37,472 nucleotides of DNA from a virus (taxonomy: Duplodnaviria > Caudoviricetes), in IMG/VR virus record IMGVR_UViG_3300031965_000088, positions 1 through 37,472 of that record; one strand, given 5' to 3'. The notes beneath the pieces were generated by a model. It saw nothing but the letters and a program-made list of their open reading frames with translations, ran no database searches and was not told where the DNA came from. How positions within the stretch are numbered: position 1 is the stretch's first letter; every line of letters starts with the position of its first letter. The translations under genes were made by a program, and so were the position numbers. Below are positions 1 through 7,462 of the stretch, in pieces.

Positions 1-357
1 GCTCAGGCTGTACTACCGTTGTTTGAGACTAAATATCCAGATGATAAACGGCCACGGCAGGTCATCGAGACAGCCATCAGATACGCTAACGGGGATGCAA
101 CACAGGACGAACTAACTGCTGCTTGGGCTGCTGCTTGGGCTGCTGCTAGGGATGCTGCTAGGGATGCTGCTAGGGCTGCTGCTTGGGATGCTGCTTGGGA
201 TGCTGCTAGGGCTGCTGCTTGGGTTGCTGCTGGGGATGCTGCTTGGGTTGCTGCTTGGGCTGCTGCTAGGGCTGCTGCTTGGGATGCTGCTAGGGCTGCT
301 CAAACCGAAATGTTTAGAAATAGATTACAGGAGGAAGTCAGGAAAGGAAGGAAATAA
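1..357 (+). CDS. 3' part of Imm5-like / AAW-repeat protein, copy 1 (5' part at 37350-37472 across the window boundary)
   Basis: 1-127 is identical to 580-706. Encodes ...DDKRPRQVIETAIRYANG..ELT, then an AA[WRG][ADV] array, ending EEVRKGRK-TAA. Confidence 0.75.
   Translation, partial: AQAVLPLFETKYPDDKRPRQVIETAIRYANGDATQDELTAAWAAAWAAARDAARDAARAAAWDAAWDAARAAAWVAAGDAAWVAAWAAARAAAWDAARAAQTEMFRNRLQEEVRKGRK
118..297 (+). repeat. Coding tandem array, 15 x 12 bp GCTGCTDGGGHT
   Basis: Parsed unit by unit. Only position 7 (8 T, 6 A, 1 G) and position 11 (7 C, 6 A, 2 T) vary. Confidence 0.95.
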
Positions 358-927
358 ATGTTATACACAACTGCGAGGTTAGCTAAAGATGCGGGGGCCT
401 GCGCTGAATCATGCCGTAAAATGTCTAAGCACCTGGGCGGTGTCAGGAAGTACGGCAAGGACACGCCTATATCCTTAGAAGTGGTTCTGGATGTGTGCGG
501 GTTAGAAGACGCGATCTGGGCGCTTAGATGTACCACTACGAACAGCGATAAAATGGCGCGGTTGTTTGCCTGTGATTGCGCTCAGGCTGTACTACCGTTG
601 TTTGAGACTAAATATCCAGATGATAAACGGCCACGGCAGGTCATCGAGACAGCCATCAGATACGCTAACGGGGATGCAACACAGGACGAACTAACTGCTG
701 CTTGGGATGCTGCTAGGGATGCTGCTGGGACTGCTAGGGCTGCTTGGACTGCTGCTTGGGCTGCTACTAGGGCTGCTGCTTGGGATGCTGCTTGGGAGGC
801 TGCTAGGGCTGCTGCTTGGGCTGCTGCTTGGGCTGCTGCTTGGGCTGCTGCTAGGGCTGCTGCTTGGGATGCTGCTAGGGCTGCTCAAACCGAAATGTTT
901 AGAAATAGATTACAGGAGGCCGCATGA
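358..927 (+). CDS. Imm5-like / AAW-repeat protein, copy 2 (complete, 189 aa)
   Basis: N-terminal GAC..S...LG...YG.DTPI...GL.DAIWAL segment, then ARLFACDCA..VLPLFE..YPDD.RPR..IE (Imm5-like phage family) and an Ala/Trp array. AAGGA RBS. Confidence 0.8.
   Translation: MLYTTARLAKDAGACAESCRKMSKHLGGVRKYGKDTPISLEVVLDVCGLEDAIWALRCTTTNSDKMARLFACDCAQAVLPLFETKYPDDKRPRQVIETAIRYANGDATQDELTAAWDAARDAAGTARAAWTAAWAATRAAAWDAAWEAARAAAWAAAWAAAWAAARAAAWDAARAAQTEMFRNRLQEAA
697..882 (+). repeat. Coding tandem array, 14 x 12 bp plus 2 x 9 bp units of the same GCTGCTDGGGHT family
   Basis: Unit order differs from the 118-297 array, with extra ACT and GAG variants. The last four units match the last four of copy 1. 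Confidence 0.93.
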
Positions 928-1088
928 AAATCATCAGGTGTCCGGTATGTCTGGAAGTCATACCCAAATGCAAATGTCCCACACTAACACCAGATGAACA
1001 GGAAGCAGAACGTCACATCGAGGCATGGAACGAACGGCAGGAACAGAGCAAGGCATGGTCAGAAGAAACTAATAGGAGACGGAAATGA
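924..1088 (+). CDS. Small Cys-rich protein (MKIIRCPVCLEVIPKCKC..., 54 aa)
   Basis: Translated manually. GGAGG RBS and ATGA overlaps at both ends. Confidence 0.6.
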   Translation: MKIIRCPVCLEVIPKCKCPTLTPDEQEAERHIEAWNERQEQSKAWSEETNRRRK

Positions 1089-1243
1089 TTGCATCACTAA
1101 CTAAGCCGCGTCCTGGTCTAAGGGTTATCGAGTCAGTGTGTGAATGTGGCTATACCAACATCATCAAAGCGGCGTCCCACTATACCAATCATGTGGTTGT
1201 CTGTCAGAATTGCGATCATAAATACATGGAAAGACACGATTAA
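1085..1243 (+). CDS. Small Zn-ribbon protein (CECG...CQNC, 52 aa)
   Basis: Translated manually. AGGAG RBS, CxC and CxxC pairs. Confidence 0.6.
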   Translation: MIASLTKPRPGLRVIESVCECGYTNIIKAASHYTNHVVVCQNCDHKYMERHD

Positions 1244-1258
1244 GGAAGGGAGCCAATA

Positions 1259-2122
1259 ATGAACAACCTGGAACTATGGAACGCGGTGAAGCAGCCGCCA
1301 GCCAGCGCCTTAAAGCAGATCATAGGTGGCAGGCTCAAGGGCAAGACCGATATAGCCCCACAATGGCGTTATCAGGAGGCTACCAATCAATTCGGGCCGT
1401 GCGGATTGGGCTGGAAGTGGGTTATCAAACGGGTCTGGAACGAACCTTTACCAGACGGACAGATACTATGCTTCGCTGAGGTCGATTTATTCTACAAGAT
1501 GAACAACACATGGAGTGAGGCGGTGCCAGGGATCGGCGGCTCGATGCTGGTAGAAGAAGAAACCAGAGGGCTACACGCATCGGATGAAGGCTACAAGATG
1601 GCGGTAACGGATGCTTTGTCTGTCGCTTTCAAAACTTTGGGCTTTGCTTCTGACGTGTACGCTGGAATGTGGGACGGCTCGAAGTACAGGGACGCGGCAA
1701 TCACACAACCAGAACAAGCGCCGCAATTGGACACCCACTTCTGCAAGGAGCATAACACCGCCTACTTTATGAAGGGGAAAATGAAGTCCTACGCTCACCC
1801 CATCGGGGAGACGGGTAATTGGTGCTACGAACACAAAACCGACACGCCACAGGATGCCCGTACAGCCACGAAACCGGCTCAGGTGGTGCAATCCCATAGG
1901 CAAGAAGCAGACGCAGCCTTTGAGAAACTTGAGTCAGCACAGCCGGAAGTCGCACAAATGAAGAGAATATCGGACGGGTTTGCGGTGCTAGGACTTGTCG
2001 GTGATAGCGAGGCGGTGCGAGTCAAGAAGGGCAAGCAGGTCAGGGAATGGGGCTTGAGCTTTGACAATCTGGACGCTATCGAGGCCAAGATCAACGAACT
2101 AGTAAACCTTAAGGGGGAATAG
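1259..2122 (+). CDS. Rad52/Sak-like single-strand annealing recombinase
   Basis: Motifs I.GGRLKG.TDI.PQWR, FGPCGLGW, GIGGS and DEGYKMAVTDAL.VA...LG.A.DVY. AGGAAGGGAG RBS. Confidence 0.75.
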   Translation: MNNLELWNAVKQPPASALKQIIGGRLKGKTDIAPQWRYQEATNQFGPCGLGWKWVIKRVWNEPLPDGQILCFAEVDLFYKMNNTWSEAVPGIGGSMLVEEETRGLHASDEGYKMAVTDALSVAFKTLGFASDVYAGMWDGSKYRDAAITQPEQAPQLDTHFCKEHNTAYFMKGKMKSYAHPIGETGNWCYEHKTDTPQDARTATKPAQVVQSHRQEADAAFEKLESAQPEVAQMKRISDGFAVLGLVGDSEAVRVKKGKQVREWGLSFDNLDAIEAKINELVNLKGE

Positions 2123-2123
2123 C

Positions 2124-2426
2124 ATGACCATACAGAAAGATGAAATCAAAAAACGGCGCGAAAGTATCCAATCTCAAATTGCCGAACTCGACGCGATACG
2201 ACTTCAATATGTGCGTGAGAATTGCGCCTTCAAAATTGGGGATAGAATCACATTCGGGCATTACCGTAATCGTAAGGCGCAGATTACAGACATTCGCCCG
2301 TCCTGGGGATGGACTTCCGAGTATGAAGATGTGAACCTTATCGTTAAATGGATATTGAAAGACGGTTCATTAGGCGTACAGGAACACGAAGCCCGTATGT
2401 GGGACAAGCCGGAGTTACTACCATGA
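2124..2426 (+). CDS. Hypothetical phage protein (coiled coil plus SH3/KOW-like FKIGD segment)
   Basis: ORF coupled to neighbours, GGGGA RBS. Confidence 0.65.
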   Translation: MTIQKDEIKKRRESIQSQIAELDAIRLQYVRENCAFKIGDRITFGHYRNRKAQITDIRPSWGWTSEYEDVNLIVKWILKDGSLGVQEHEARMWDKPELLP

Positions 2427-2746
2427 CCATACAGATACCGGAACACAGAACACGTGAAATACTATGCTATGAAGGCGATAAACAATGCCCCAAAGGGGAT
2501 GAATGTGGTAAGCCGGATACTCATACACAATGCCCGACGGAGTGCATACCAGATTGTCCGGGTTGTGCTGCCGAAGCCATCTTGAAACAGGTTATTGAGA
2601 TGGTCAAAGAATTACGGAATTATAATTGCGAGGAAATCCGCCGAATGACTGTAGACGAAATCTACAATAGAAACACAGCCGAAAAGTTCAAAGCGAAAGT
2701 GGCAGTACTAAATCAACTTCTAACCAAACTAGAGGCTATCAAATGA
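2423..2746 (+). CDS. Cys-rich hypothetical protein (start MTIQIPEH)
   Basis: ATGA overlap with the upstream stop, GGAG RBS. PEH...C..CP.CA motif shared with 5277-5519. Confidence 0.65.
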   Translation: MTIQIPEHRTREILCYEGDKQCPKGDECGKPDTHTQCPTECIPDCPGCAAEAILKQVIEMVKELRNYNCEEIRRMTVDEIYNRNTAEKFKAKVAVLNQLLTKLEAIK

Positions 2747-2928
2747 ACGAAGCGATTGAGAAAATCTTGCGTGACACATGGAACGATGGTTGTATTCGTG
2801 GTGTGGAGTGGGTGTTAGACGCTCTGTCATCCGTAATAGCGGACGAGGCCTTATTTATCTTAAATGATAAGGATGCTCTGGGTGCGTTTAAGACTGCTTT
2901 CAAAGAACGAATGGGGAAAATGAAATGA
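2743..2928 (+). CDS. Hypothetical protein
   Basis: ATGA overlaps at both ends, GAGG RBS. Confidence 0.6.
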   Translation: MNEAIEKILRDTWNDGCIRGVEWVLDALSSVIADEALFILNDKDALGAFKTAFKERMGKMK

Positions 2929-3182
2929 ACGATCCCAGACTTATAAAAGCAAGCGAACTGGAAACCAAGAAGCTACACCCAAGCGCCGGTGTCTGCGATA
3001 TCTGCGGCGCACCTTACCTGAAACAACTAGGCCATACTTGCGAAGTAAATACAGAGACAGGAGAGATAATTGAAACGCCGAAAGCAAAGCGCCAAACACG
3101 CAAAGGCAAGGGGGCTAACAAGGAAGCTGCGGTTAAGCGAACTCGGAAGCCTAAGAACTTTGATAAAGAAGGTTTGAAATGA
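2925..3182 (+). CDS. Hypothetical protein with CxxC..HxC and basic tail
   Basis: ATGA overlaps. CDICG...HTC motif. Confidence 0.6.
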   Translation: MNDPRLIKASELETKKLHPSAGVCDICGAPYLKQLGHTCEVNTETGEIIETPKAKRQTRKGKGANKEAAVKRTRKPKNFDKEGLK

Positions 3183-3820
3183 AAGAACGACCGATTCTAT
3201 TCTCCGGCCCGATGGTACGGGCTATCTTGGAAGGCCGCAAAACTCAGACGCGGCGGGTGGTTGACTTCGACCGAGTAGGAACCACCAAGGATTATCAAGT
3301 TGAGCGTGGATGCTTTGGCGCGGATGGATTCGACATTATTGAGTTTGGTGGCCCACAACAAAGAATAATCCGCAAGCCTTGGACTGCCGACCATATCAAG
3401 GCATGGTTGAAATGCCCCTACGGTCAACCCGGCGACAGGCTGTGGGTGAGGGAAACTTGGAGCCAAGTCCCCGAATACAAACCAGTGCCGTATCCCGAAA
3501 ACTGCCCGAAGGTTTACTATCGAGCAGACAATGACCGCCCGACCTGGGCAGAGCGTCCGTGGCGTCCCTCAATGTTCATGTATCGCTGGGCGTCCCGGAT
3601 TACCTTGGAGATTGTCAGCGTCCGGGTGGAACGGTTGCAGGAGATAAGCGAGAACGATGCGAAGGCCGAAGGCGTTAAAGCACATTTAGAACTTAATACC
3701 GATGGCTGGCGGACTCTTGTCGATGACTATAAAGACTTGTGGGAATCCATCAACAGCAAGTCTCACCCGTGGGACAGTAACCCATTCGTCTGGTGTATCG
3801 AGTTTCGGAGGCTCCAGTGA
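3179..3820 (+). CDS. ASCH/PUA-like phage protein
   Basis: MKERPILFSGPMVRAILEGRKTQTRR, CPYGQPGDRLWVRETW, WRPSMFM.RWASRITLEI..VRVERLQEISE.DA.AEG and W..NP.VW.IEF motifs. Confidence 0.85.
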   Translation: MKERPILFSGPMVRAILEGRKTQTRRVVDFDRVGTTKDYQVERGCFGADGFDIIEFGGPQQRIIRKPWTADHIKAWLKCPYGQPGDRLWVRETWSQVPEYKPVPYPENCPKVYYRADNDRPTWAERPWRPSMFMYRWASRITLEIVSVRVERLQEISENDAKAEGVKAHLELNTDGWRTLVDDYKDLWESINSKSHPWDSNPFVWCIEFRRLQ

Positions 3821-4152
3821 AACGCTCCCCCATCAAACAAGTTTCAACCAAACAGGTAGCCGAACTAGCGGAACGGCGCAAGCTCAAGCAACTTCTCATT
3901 GACGAGCAATTGGAAACGGTGGGATATACCCACTGCCAAACGTGCGGGAGAACGATATACCGTGTGCAACCTGGTTATCTGGAACTGGCGCACATCGTAG
4001 CCCTATCACGGGGCGGTAAGACGGAACTAGGTAACGTGGTGCTTGAGGGCGGCGGGTTTGTATGCGGGTGCAGTTCAAAGTATGAAAAGAAACCAGAGGA
4101 TAGACCAGTAGAATCAATCGGATATAAGAAATGGAGATTGCAAGATGCTTGA
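3817..4152 (+). CDS. HNH-type nuclease (NinG/McrA-like)
   Basis: GTGA overlap start (MKRSPIK). CQTCG..ELAHIVALSRGG.....N motif; the second Cys pair is atypically spaced. Confidence 0.7.
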   Translation: MKRSPIKQVSTKQVAELAERRKLKQLLIDEQLETVGYTHCQTCGRTIYRVQPGYLELAHIVALSRGGKTELGNVVLEGGGFVCGCSSKYEKKPEDRPVESIGYKKWRLQDA

Positions 4153-4510
4153 TACAATGGAGTCCTACGCTTCCATCCGGCGCAACGGCGTACCCATTAC
4201 CTCCAGGAGACAGACGGAAACACCAGAAATAGACATTACCACACTGGAAAGAAAGTATGACCATGAATGTGCTTACGGCGGGAAGTGTTTGGAATGTAGT
4301 CTACCTTCGTGCATCTTCGATGGTGGTAAGGATCGCCCCTTAGGTACTCCCTACAACACAGAACGGGCAAGGCAGAACGAAGAACGCAGACAATGTATCT
4401 TGAGAGACTGGCAATCCGGCATGACCAAGGCAGAAATAGGGGAGAAGTACAAGTACCATCCCCGCACAGTAAGGGATATTATCAGAAGATTGACGCAGGG
4501 CAATACATAG
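4145..4510 (+). CDS. Cys-cluster plus C-terminal HTH (sigma70 region 4-like) regulator
   Basis: C....CLECSLPSCIFD followed by GMTKAEIGEKYKYHPRTVRDII HTH. Confidence 0.7.
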   Translation: MLDTMESYASIRRNGVPITSRRQTETPEIDITTLERKYDHECAYGGKCLECSLPSCIFDGGKDRPLGTPYNTERARQNEERRQCILRDWQSGMTKAEIGEKYKYHPRTVRDIIRRLTQGNT

Positions 4511-4518
4511 TGTACCCT
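4490..4518 (+). promoter_or_regulatory. Possible sigma70-type promoter TTGACG-17-TACCCT
   Basis: Spacing is 17 bp; lies upstream of the HTH ORF at 4541. The -10 is weak. Confidence 0.35.
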
Positions 4519-4540
4519 ATGGGCAGAAGAGAGGATAAAT

Positions 4541-4720
4541 ATGAGAAAACTTAAATATGTCGGTGGCATGGTGACGATCTCAAGTGCCGCCAAGACCCTG
4601 GGAGTGAGCCGCCCCACTATTTACAGGTGGTTGAACACAGGGAAGCTGACGGGAACTACCTTCGGGGGGATAATCTTCATTGACTCCAAGCAGGTTGATA
4701 AACTAAAGGAGACACCATGA
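4541..4720 (+). CDS. Excisionase-like HTH DNA-binding protein (59 aa)
   Basis: Translated manually: TISSAAKTLGVSRPTIYRWLNTGKL. GAGGA RBS. Confidence 0.8.
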   Translation: MRKLKYVGGMVTISSAAKTLGVSRPTIYRWLNTGKLTGTTFGGIIFIDSKQVDKLKETP

Positions 4721-5280
4721 ACAAAGAGACACTACCAGAGGAACTGCCAGACTGTGATTTCGTACCCTGCAATCGCATGATGATGGGAAAATCAAGAGCC
4801 GTTGAATGTTGTCCATATGTGAAGGCATGGCAGAATTCGAAAACACAACTCACTGCTATGACAGCGGAGAGGGACGAGGCTAGAAGGAAACAAGAACGAG
4901 CCGAAAGCCGTTTGGATGCGGCTCGTGATAATGCGGAAAATTTCAAGGATGAACTATCCGAAGCCGTAGACGCAAAGGAAGCCGCGGAGAAACGCAACGG
5001 CCAGTTAGCATCTGACTGGGCAAAATGTGACACGAAACTACGGTTACGCATAGCTGAACTGGAAAAGACCAGCTACTTGCCGATGATACCGGATGGGTCT
5101 GAGTGTTTTGCCAGCGAAAAATGCGAGTACTGCCAATTCATCGTTCAAGATGCTAGGGCAAACGGGCAATTCAACTGCGCGGCTATCAAGAACCATCCAT
5201 ATATGGGGCATGAATCTAGCGAGCATATCTACAAACACCCTGATTGTCCCAAGCCAGCCCCACAGGAGGAGACAGAATGA
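4717..5280 (+). CDS. Hypothetical coiled-coil protein with Cys-rich ends
   Basis: AAGGAG RBS, central heptad-like region, ATGA overlaps. Confidence 0.7.
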   Translation: MNKETLPEELPDCDFVPCNRMMMGKSRAVECCPYVKAWQNSKTQLTAMTAERDEARRKQERAESRLDAARDNAENFKDELSEAVDAKEAAEKRNGQLASDWAKCDTKLRLRIAELEKTSYLPMIPDGSECFASEKCEYCQFIVQDARANGQFNCAAIKNHPYMGHESSEHIYKHPDCPKPAPQEETE

Positions 5281-5519
5281 AACTACCTGAACACAACAAA
5301 GATTGCCACAGAACAGAGGATTGCCCAAGACCCGATGACGATAGTTGCCATGGCTGTCAATTCTATAAGTGCGTGCCTGAAAATTGCCCCCGCTGTGCAG
5401 TAGATGGGGTGATAGACCTGATAAAGCCATACATGAGGCACAAGTTCGGATGTCGTTATAATTTTGGCGGTAAATGTGACTGTGGACTGGATGAACTTCT
5501 AAAGGAATTGGAGGTGTAG
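5277..5519 (+). CDS. Cys-rich hypothetical protein (start MKLPEH)
   Basis: AGGAGG RBS. H...C.......CDCGL C-terminus. Confidence 0.65.
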   Translation: MKLPEHNKDCHRTEDCPRPDDDSCHGCQFYKCVPENCPRCAVDGVIDLIKPYMRHKFGCRYNFGGKCDCGLDELLKELEV

Positions 5520-5528
5520 TGAAACAGT

Positions 5529-5711
5529 ATGAGTTGGCTTAAAGAGGGTGACATTATCATCGGCGCATATAGTCGGCTTTTTGGGTTTAGGCCATTAGCG
5601 TGTCCAATCTGCAAGAAGGAAATGCGAGTTGATTCGGCACGCCAGCAAGCAACTGGATATTACTACCACGATGAATGTTGGCTTAGGGCTAAGAAGGAAT
5701 TGGAGGGCTAG
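5529..5711 (+). CDS. Small Zn-finger protein (CPIC...HDEC)
   Basis: GGAGGT RBS (start could be GTG 5519-5521 region). CxxC/HxxC. Confidence 0.6.
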   Translation: MSWLKEGDIIIGAYSRLFGFRPLACPICKKEMRVDSARQQATGYYYHDECWLRAKKELEG

Positions 5712-5887
5712 TGGAAACACCTGACAGACTAACCATTGTGGAGTTCGGCATCGACGCTGGTCATGTTACAGCCGAACAAGTTAAGGCTGTGTACGCAAAG
5801 AGACTGCTGGAAGCAGAAAAGGAATTAGAACGGGCAACGCAAAATATGAGATGGATTGAGGCTAAAATTGGAGGGCTACATGACTGA
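5711..5887 (+). CDS. Hypothetical protein (58 aa, METPDRLT...)
   Basis: Translated manually. GGAGG RBS and GTG start overlapping the upstream TAG. Confidence 0.55.
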   Translation: METPDRLTIVEFGIDAGHVTAEQVKAVYAKRLLEAEKELERATQNMRWIEAKIGGLHD

Positions 5888-6140
5888 CAGGCTATTAACA
5901 GAACAGGACATAGTTGTTGAACTGGAAGGCGCAGATGAAGCGTCTTATAAAAGTGACGGCACAACTGTACATACCGTTGACGTTTGGGGCTTGCTGAAAG
6001 CCCAAGATGCCAAAACCTATGTCGCCTGTAACAAGGAATGGGCAAGAGAACTGGCACGCCATATTGATGAGACCTCTGGATTGTACAGCAAGATACTTTA
6101 CAACATGGGCTTTCCGCCTGAAAGGAGTTGTGATGACTGA
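5880..6140 (+). CDS. Hypothetical protein (start MTDRLLT; KAQDAKT motif)
   Basis: GGAGG RBS before ATG 5880. Confidence 0.6.
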   Translation: MTDRLLTEQDIVVELEGADEASYKSDGTTVHTVDVWGLLKAQDAKTYVACNKEWARELARHIDETSGLYSKILYNMGFPPERSCDD

Positions 6141-6270
6141 CCTAAGAACAGAAGTTGCCGAACTAATTTGCGCTAATTGCTCAATGTCTAAAATTACCGA
6201 TTGCCATATTTGTACTTGCGACAGGCTACAATGTGCCGATGAAATCATAGCCCTTGTCAATAAAAGGTGA
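6133..6270 (+). CDS. Small Cys-rich protein (MTDLRTEVAELICANC...CADEIIALV)
   Basis: AAGGAG RBS. Similar to 9537-9683. Confidence 0.6.
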   Translation: MTDLRTEVAELICANCSMSKITDCHICTCDRLQCADEIIALVNKR

Positions 6271-6684
6271 AGTGATAATAAAATCAACGATCAGATACGT
6301 CATTTTACCAGTTCCTCTAAGGGTTCCATCTTTATCTCTCATTACTCATTGGGCTGAAGCGGTTGGTTTCAATGTATGTAGGGTCGTCAAGTTGGGGTTT
6401 GCCAACTAATTCCGTTAGCTTATCGCCGTTGTGCAATCTTTTTATCAGCACATCAACACCCCAACTCCCCCAATGGTCTATCTCAAGCCCGCACGCTTCT
6501 ATCCAGTCCACCCAGTGACGCTTGCGGGTTTTCTTACAGGGACACCCTCACGGAGGACAAGGCCATTACACTATGCAAATGCCCTGATTGTGCAAGCGGT
6601 TTGTGGTGCGTCAACTATGCGAAGGAATGAACGCCCCCTTTTTTTAACCTGTTAATCACGTAAATACGTAAGGAGAATACTTAG

Positions 6685-6819
6685 ATGAACTGCCCCAAGT
6701 GTGACTCCCCGAAAGTAATTACTACGGCAACCAAGATCATCTGTAAATCGTGTGGCTATTGGGAATACTTAGCGGACTACCGGACTAGCGCAGCCTTCCG
6801 TGGTGTCCAGGATGAGTGA
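6685..6819 (+). CDS. Small Zn-ribbon protein (MNCPKCDS...CKSCGY, 44 aa)
   Basis: Translated manually. AAGGAG RBS, two CxxC pairs. Confidence 0.65.
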   Translation: MNCPKCDSPKVITTATKIICKSCGYWEYLADYRTSAAFRGVQDE

Positions 6820-7462
6820 CCTTAGAATATACATTAAGCATGACGCACCGGCTTACATCGACCCCAACATACAGGACATGATCGCCTCTTACGGATGGGC
6901 TGGTTACGGCTGGTTCTGGTATCTGGTTGAACGCATGAGACTGGAAGCGGATTATAAACTACCCTATTCAGACAGACGCTTCAAGGTTCTAGCAAAGGAC
7001 ATGGAGATACCGGTCAATGAGGTTAAAGAGTACATTGACTACTGTATCGCAGTGGAGTTGTTCCATCTTGACGGTGTGTGCTTCTGGTCAGACAGACTTC
7101 TAAGGGACATGGCAAAGCTGGACGGTATCAGGGCTAGTTGTAGTGAAGCCTCGAAGAGCAGATGGAAAGCAGACGCAAAGCAAACGGATAAGCAAACGCA
7201 TACCGAAAGCAATGCTAAGATAAGTAAAGATAAGGTAAGTAAAGATAAGGTAAGCCTCGAACAATGGTTTGAATCGGTGAGGCCGGACTACCCCTTGTTT
7301 ACCGGTAACTTACTGGACGTTGAACTCAAGCGGTGTCAGGAATGGCATGCGGATCACAAGTCTAAAATCACAGACTGGAAACGTGCTTTCAGGAACTGGA
7401 TGGCTCGTGCTACCCCACCTAAGCCAACAGAAGCTAATAAGCCTTGGAGGGCGCATGGATAG
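6812..7462 (+). CDS. Phage replication initiator (DUF4373 / Lin1244-like N-terminus)
   Basis: KHD.....DP.I..MI..YG..GYG.FW.LVE N-terminus, low-complexity linker with iteron-like repeats, C-terminal DWKRAFRNW. Directly upstream of the helicase. Confidence 0.8.
   Translation: MSDLRIYIKHDAPAYIDPNIQDMIASYGWAGYGWFWYLVERMRLEADYKLPYSDRRFKVLAKDMEIPVNEVKEYIDYCIAVELFHLDGVCFWSDRLLRDMAKLDGIRASCSEASKSRWKADAKQTDKQTHTESNAKISKDKVSKDKVSLEQWFESVRPDYPLFTGNLLDVELKRCQEWHADHKSKITDWKRAFRNWMARATPPKPTEANKPWRAHG
7166..7254 (+). repeat. Putative replication origin inside the initiator gene (AAGCARACG repeats followed by AAGATAAG(G)TAAGT purine-rich repeats)
   Basis: Repeats read directly. Position matches the lambda-O-like arrangement of an origin within the initiator linker. 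Confidence 0.65.

Noticed and set aside
118-882. CRISPR array or complete DGR
   Set aside because: Units are contiguous with no unique spacers and there are no cas genes. No RT, Avd or separate template repeat was found.
112-997. Poly-Ser/Pro (- strand) and LLG-repeat (+ alternative frame) ORFs
   Set aside because: Shadow frames of the stop-free 12-bp array. The Ala/Trp frame has the RBS and a recognisable domain.
6455-6560. Twister ribozyme-like words (AACUCC, UCUCAAGCCC, GGAG)
   Set aside because: The required P4 pairing around the CAAGC loop and the P1/P2 geometry cannot be formed.
7320-7454. N-terminal extension of DnaB in the ORF track
   Set aside because: It overlaps the initiator gene. 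ATG 7455 has a GGAGG RBS and begins the DnaB domain.
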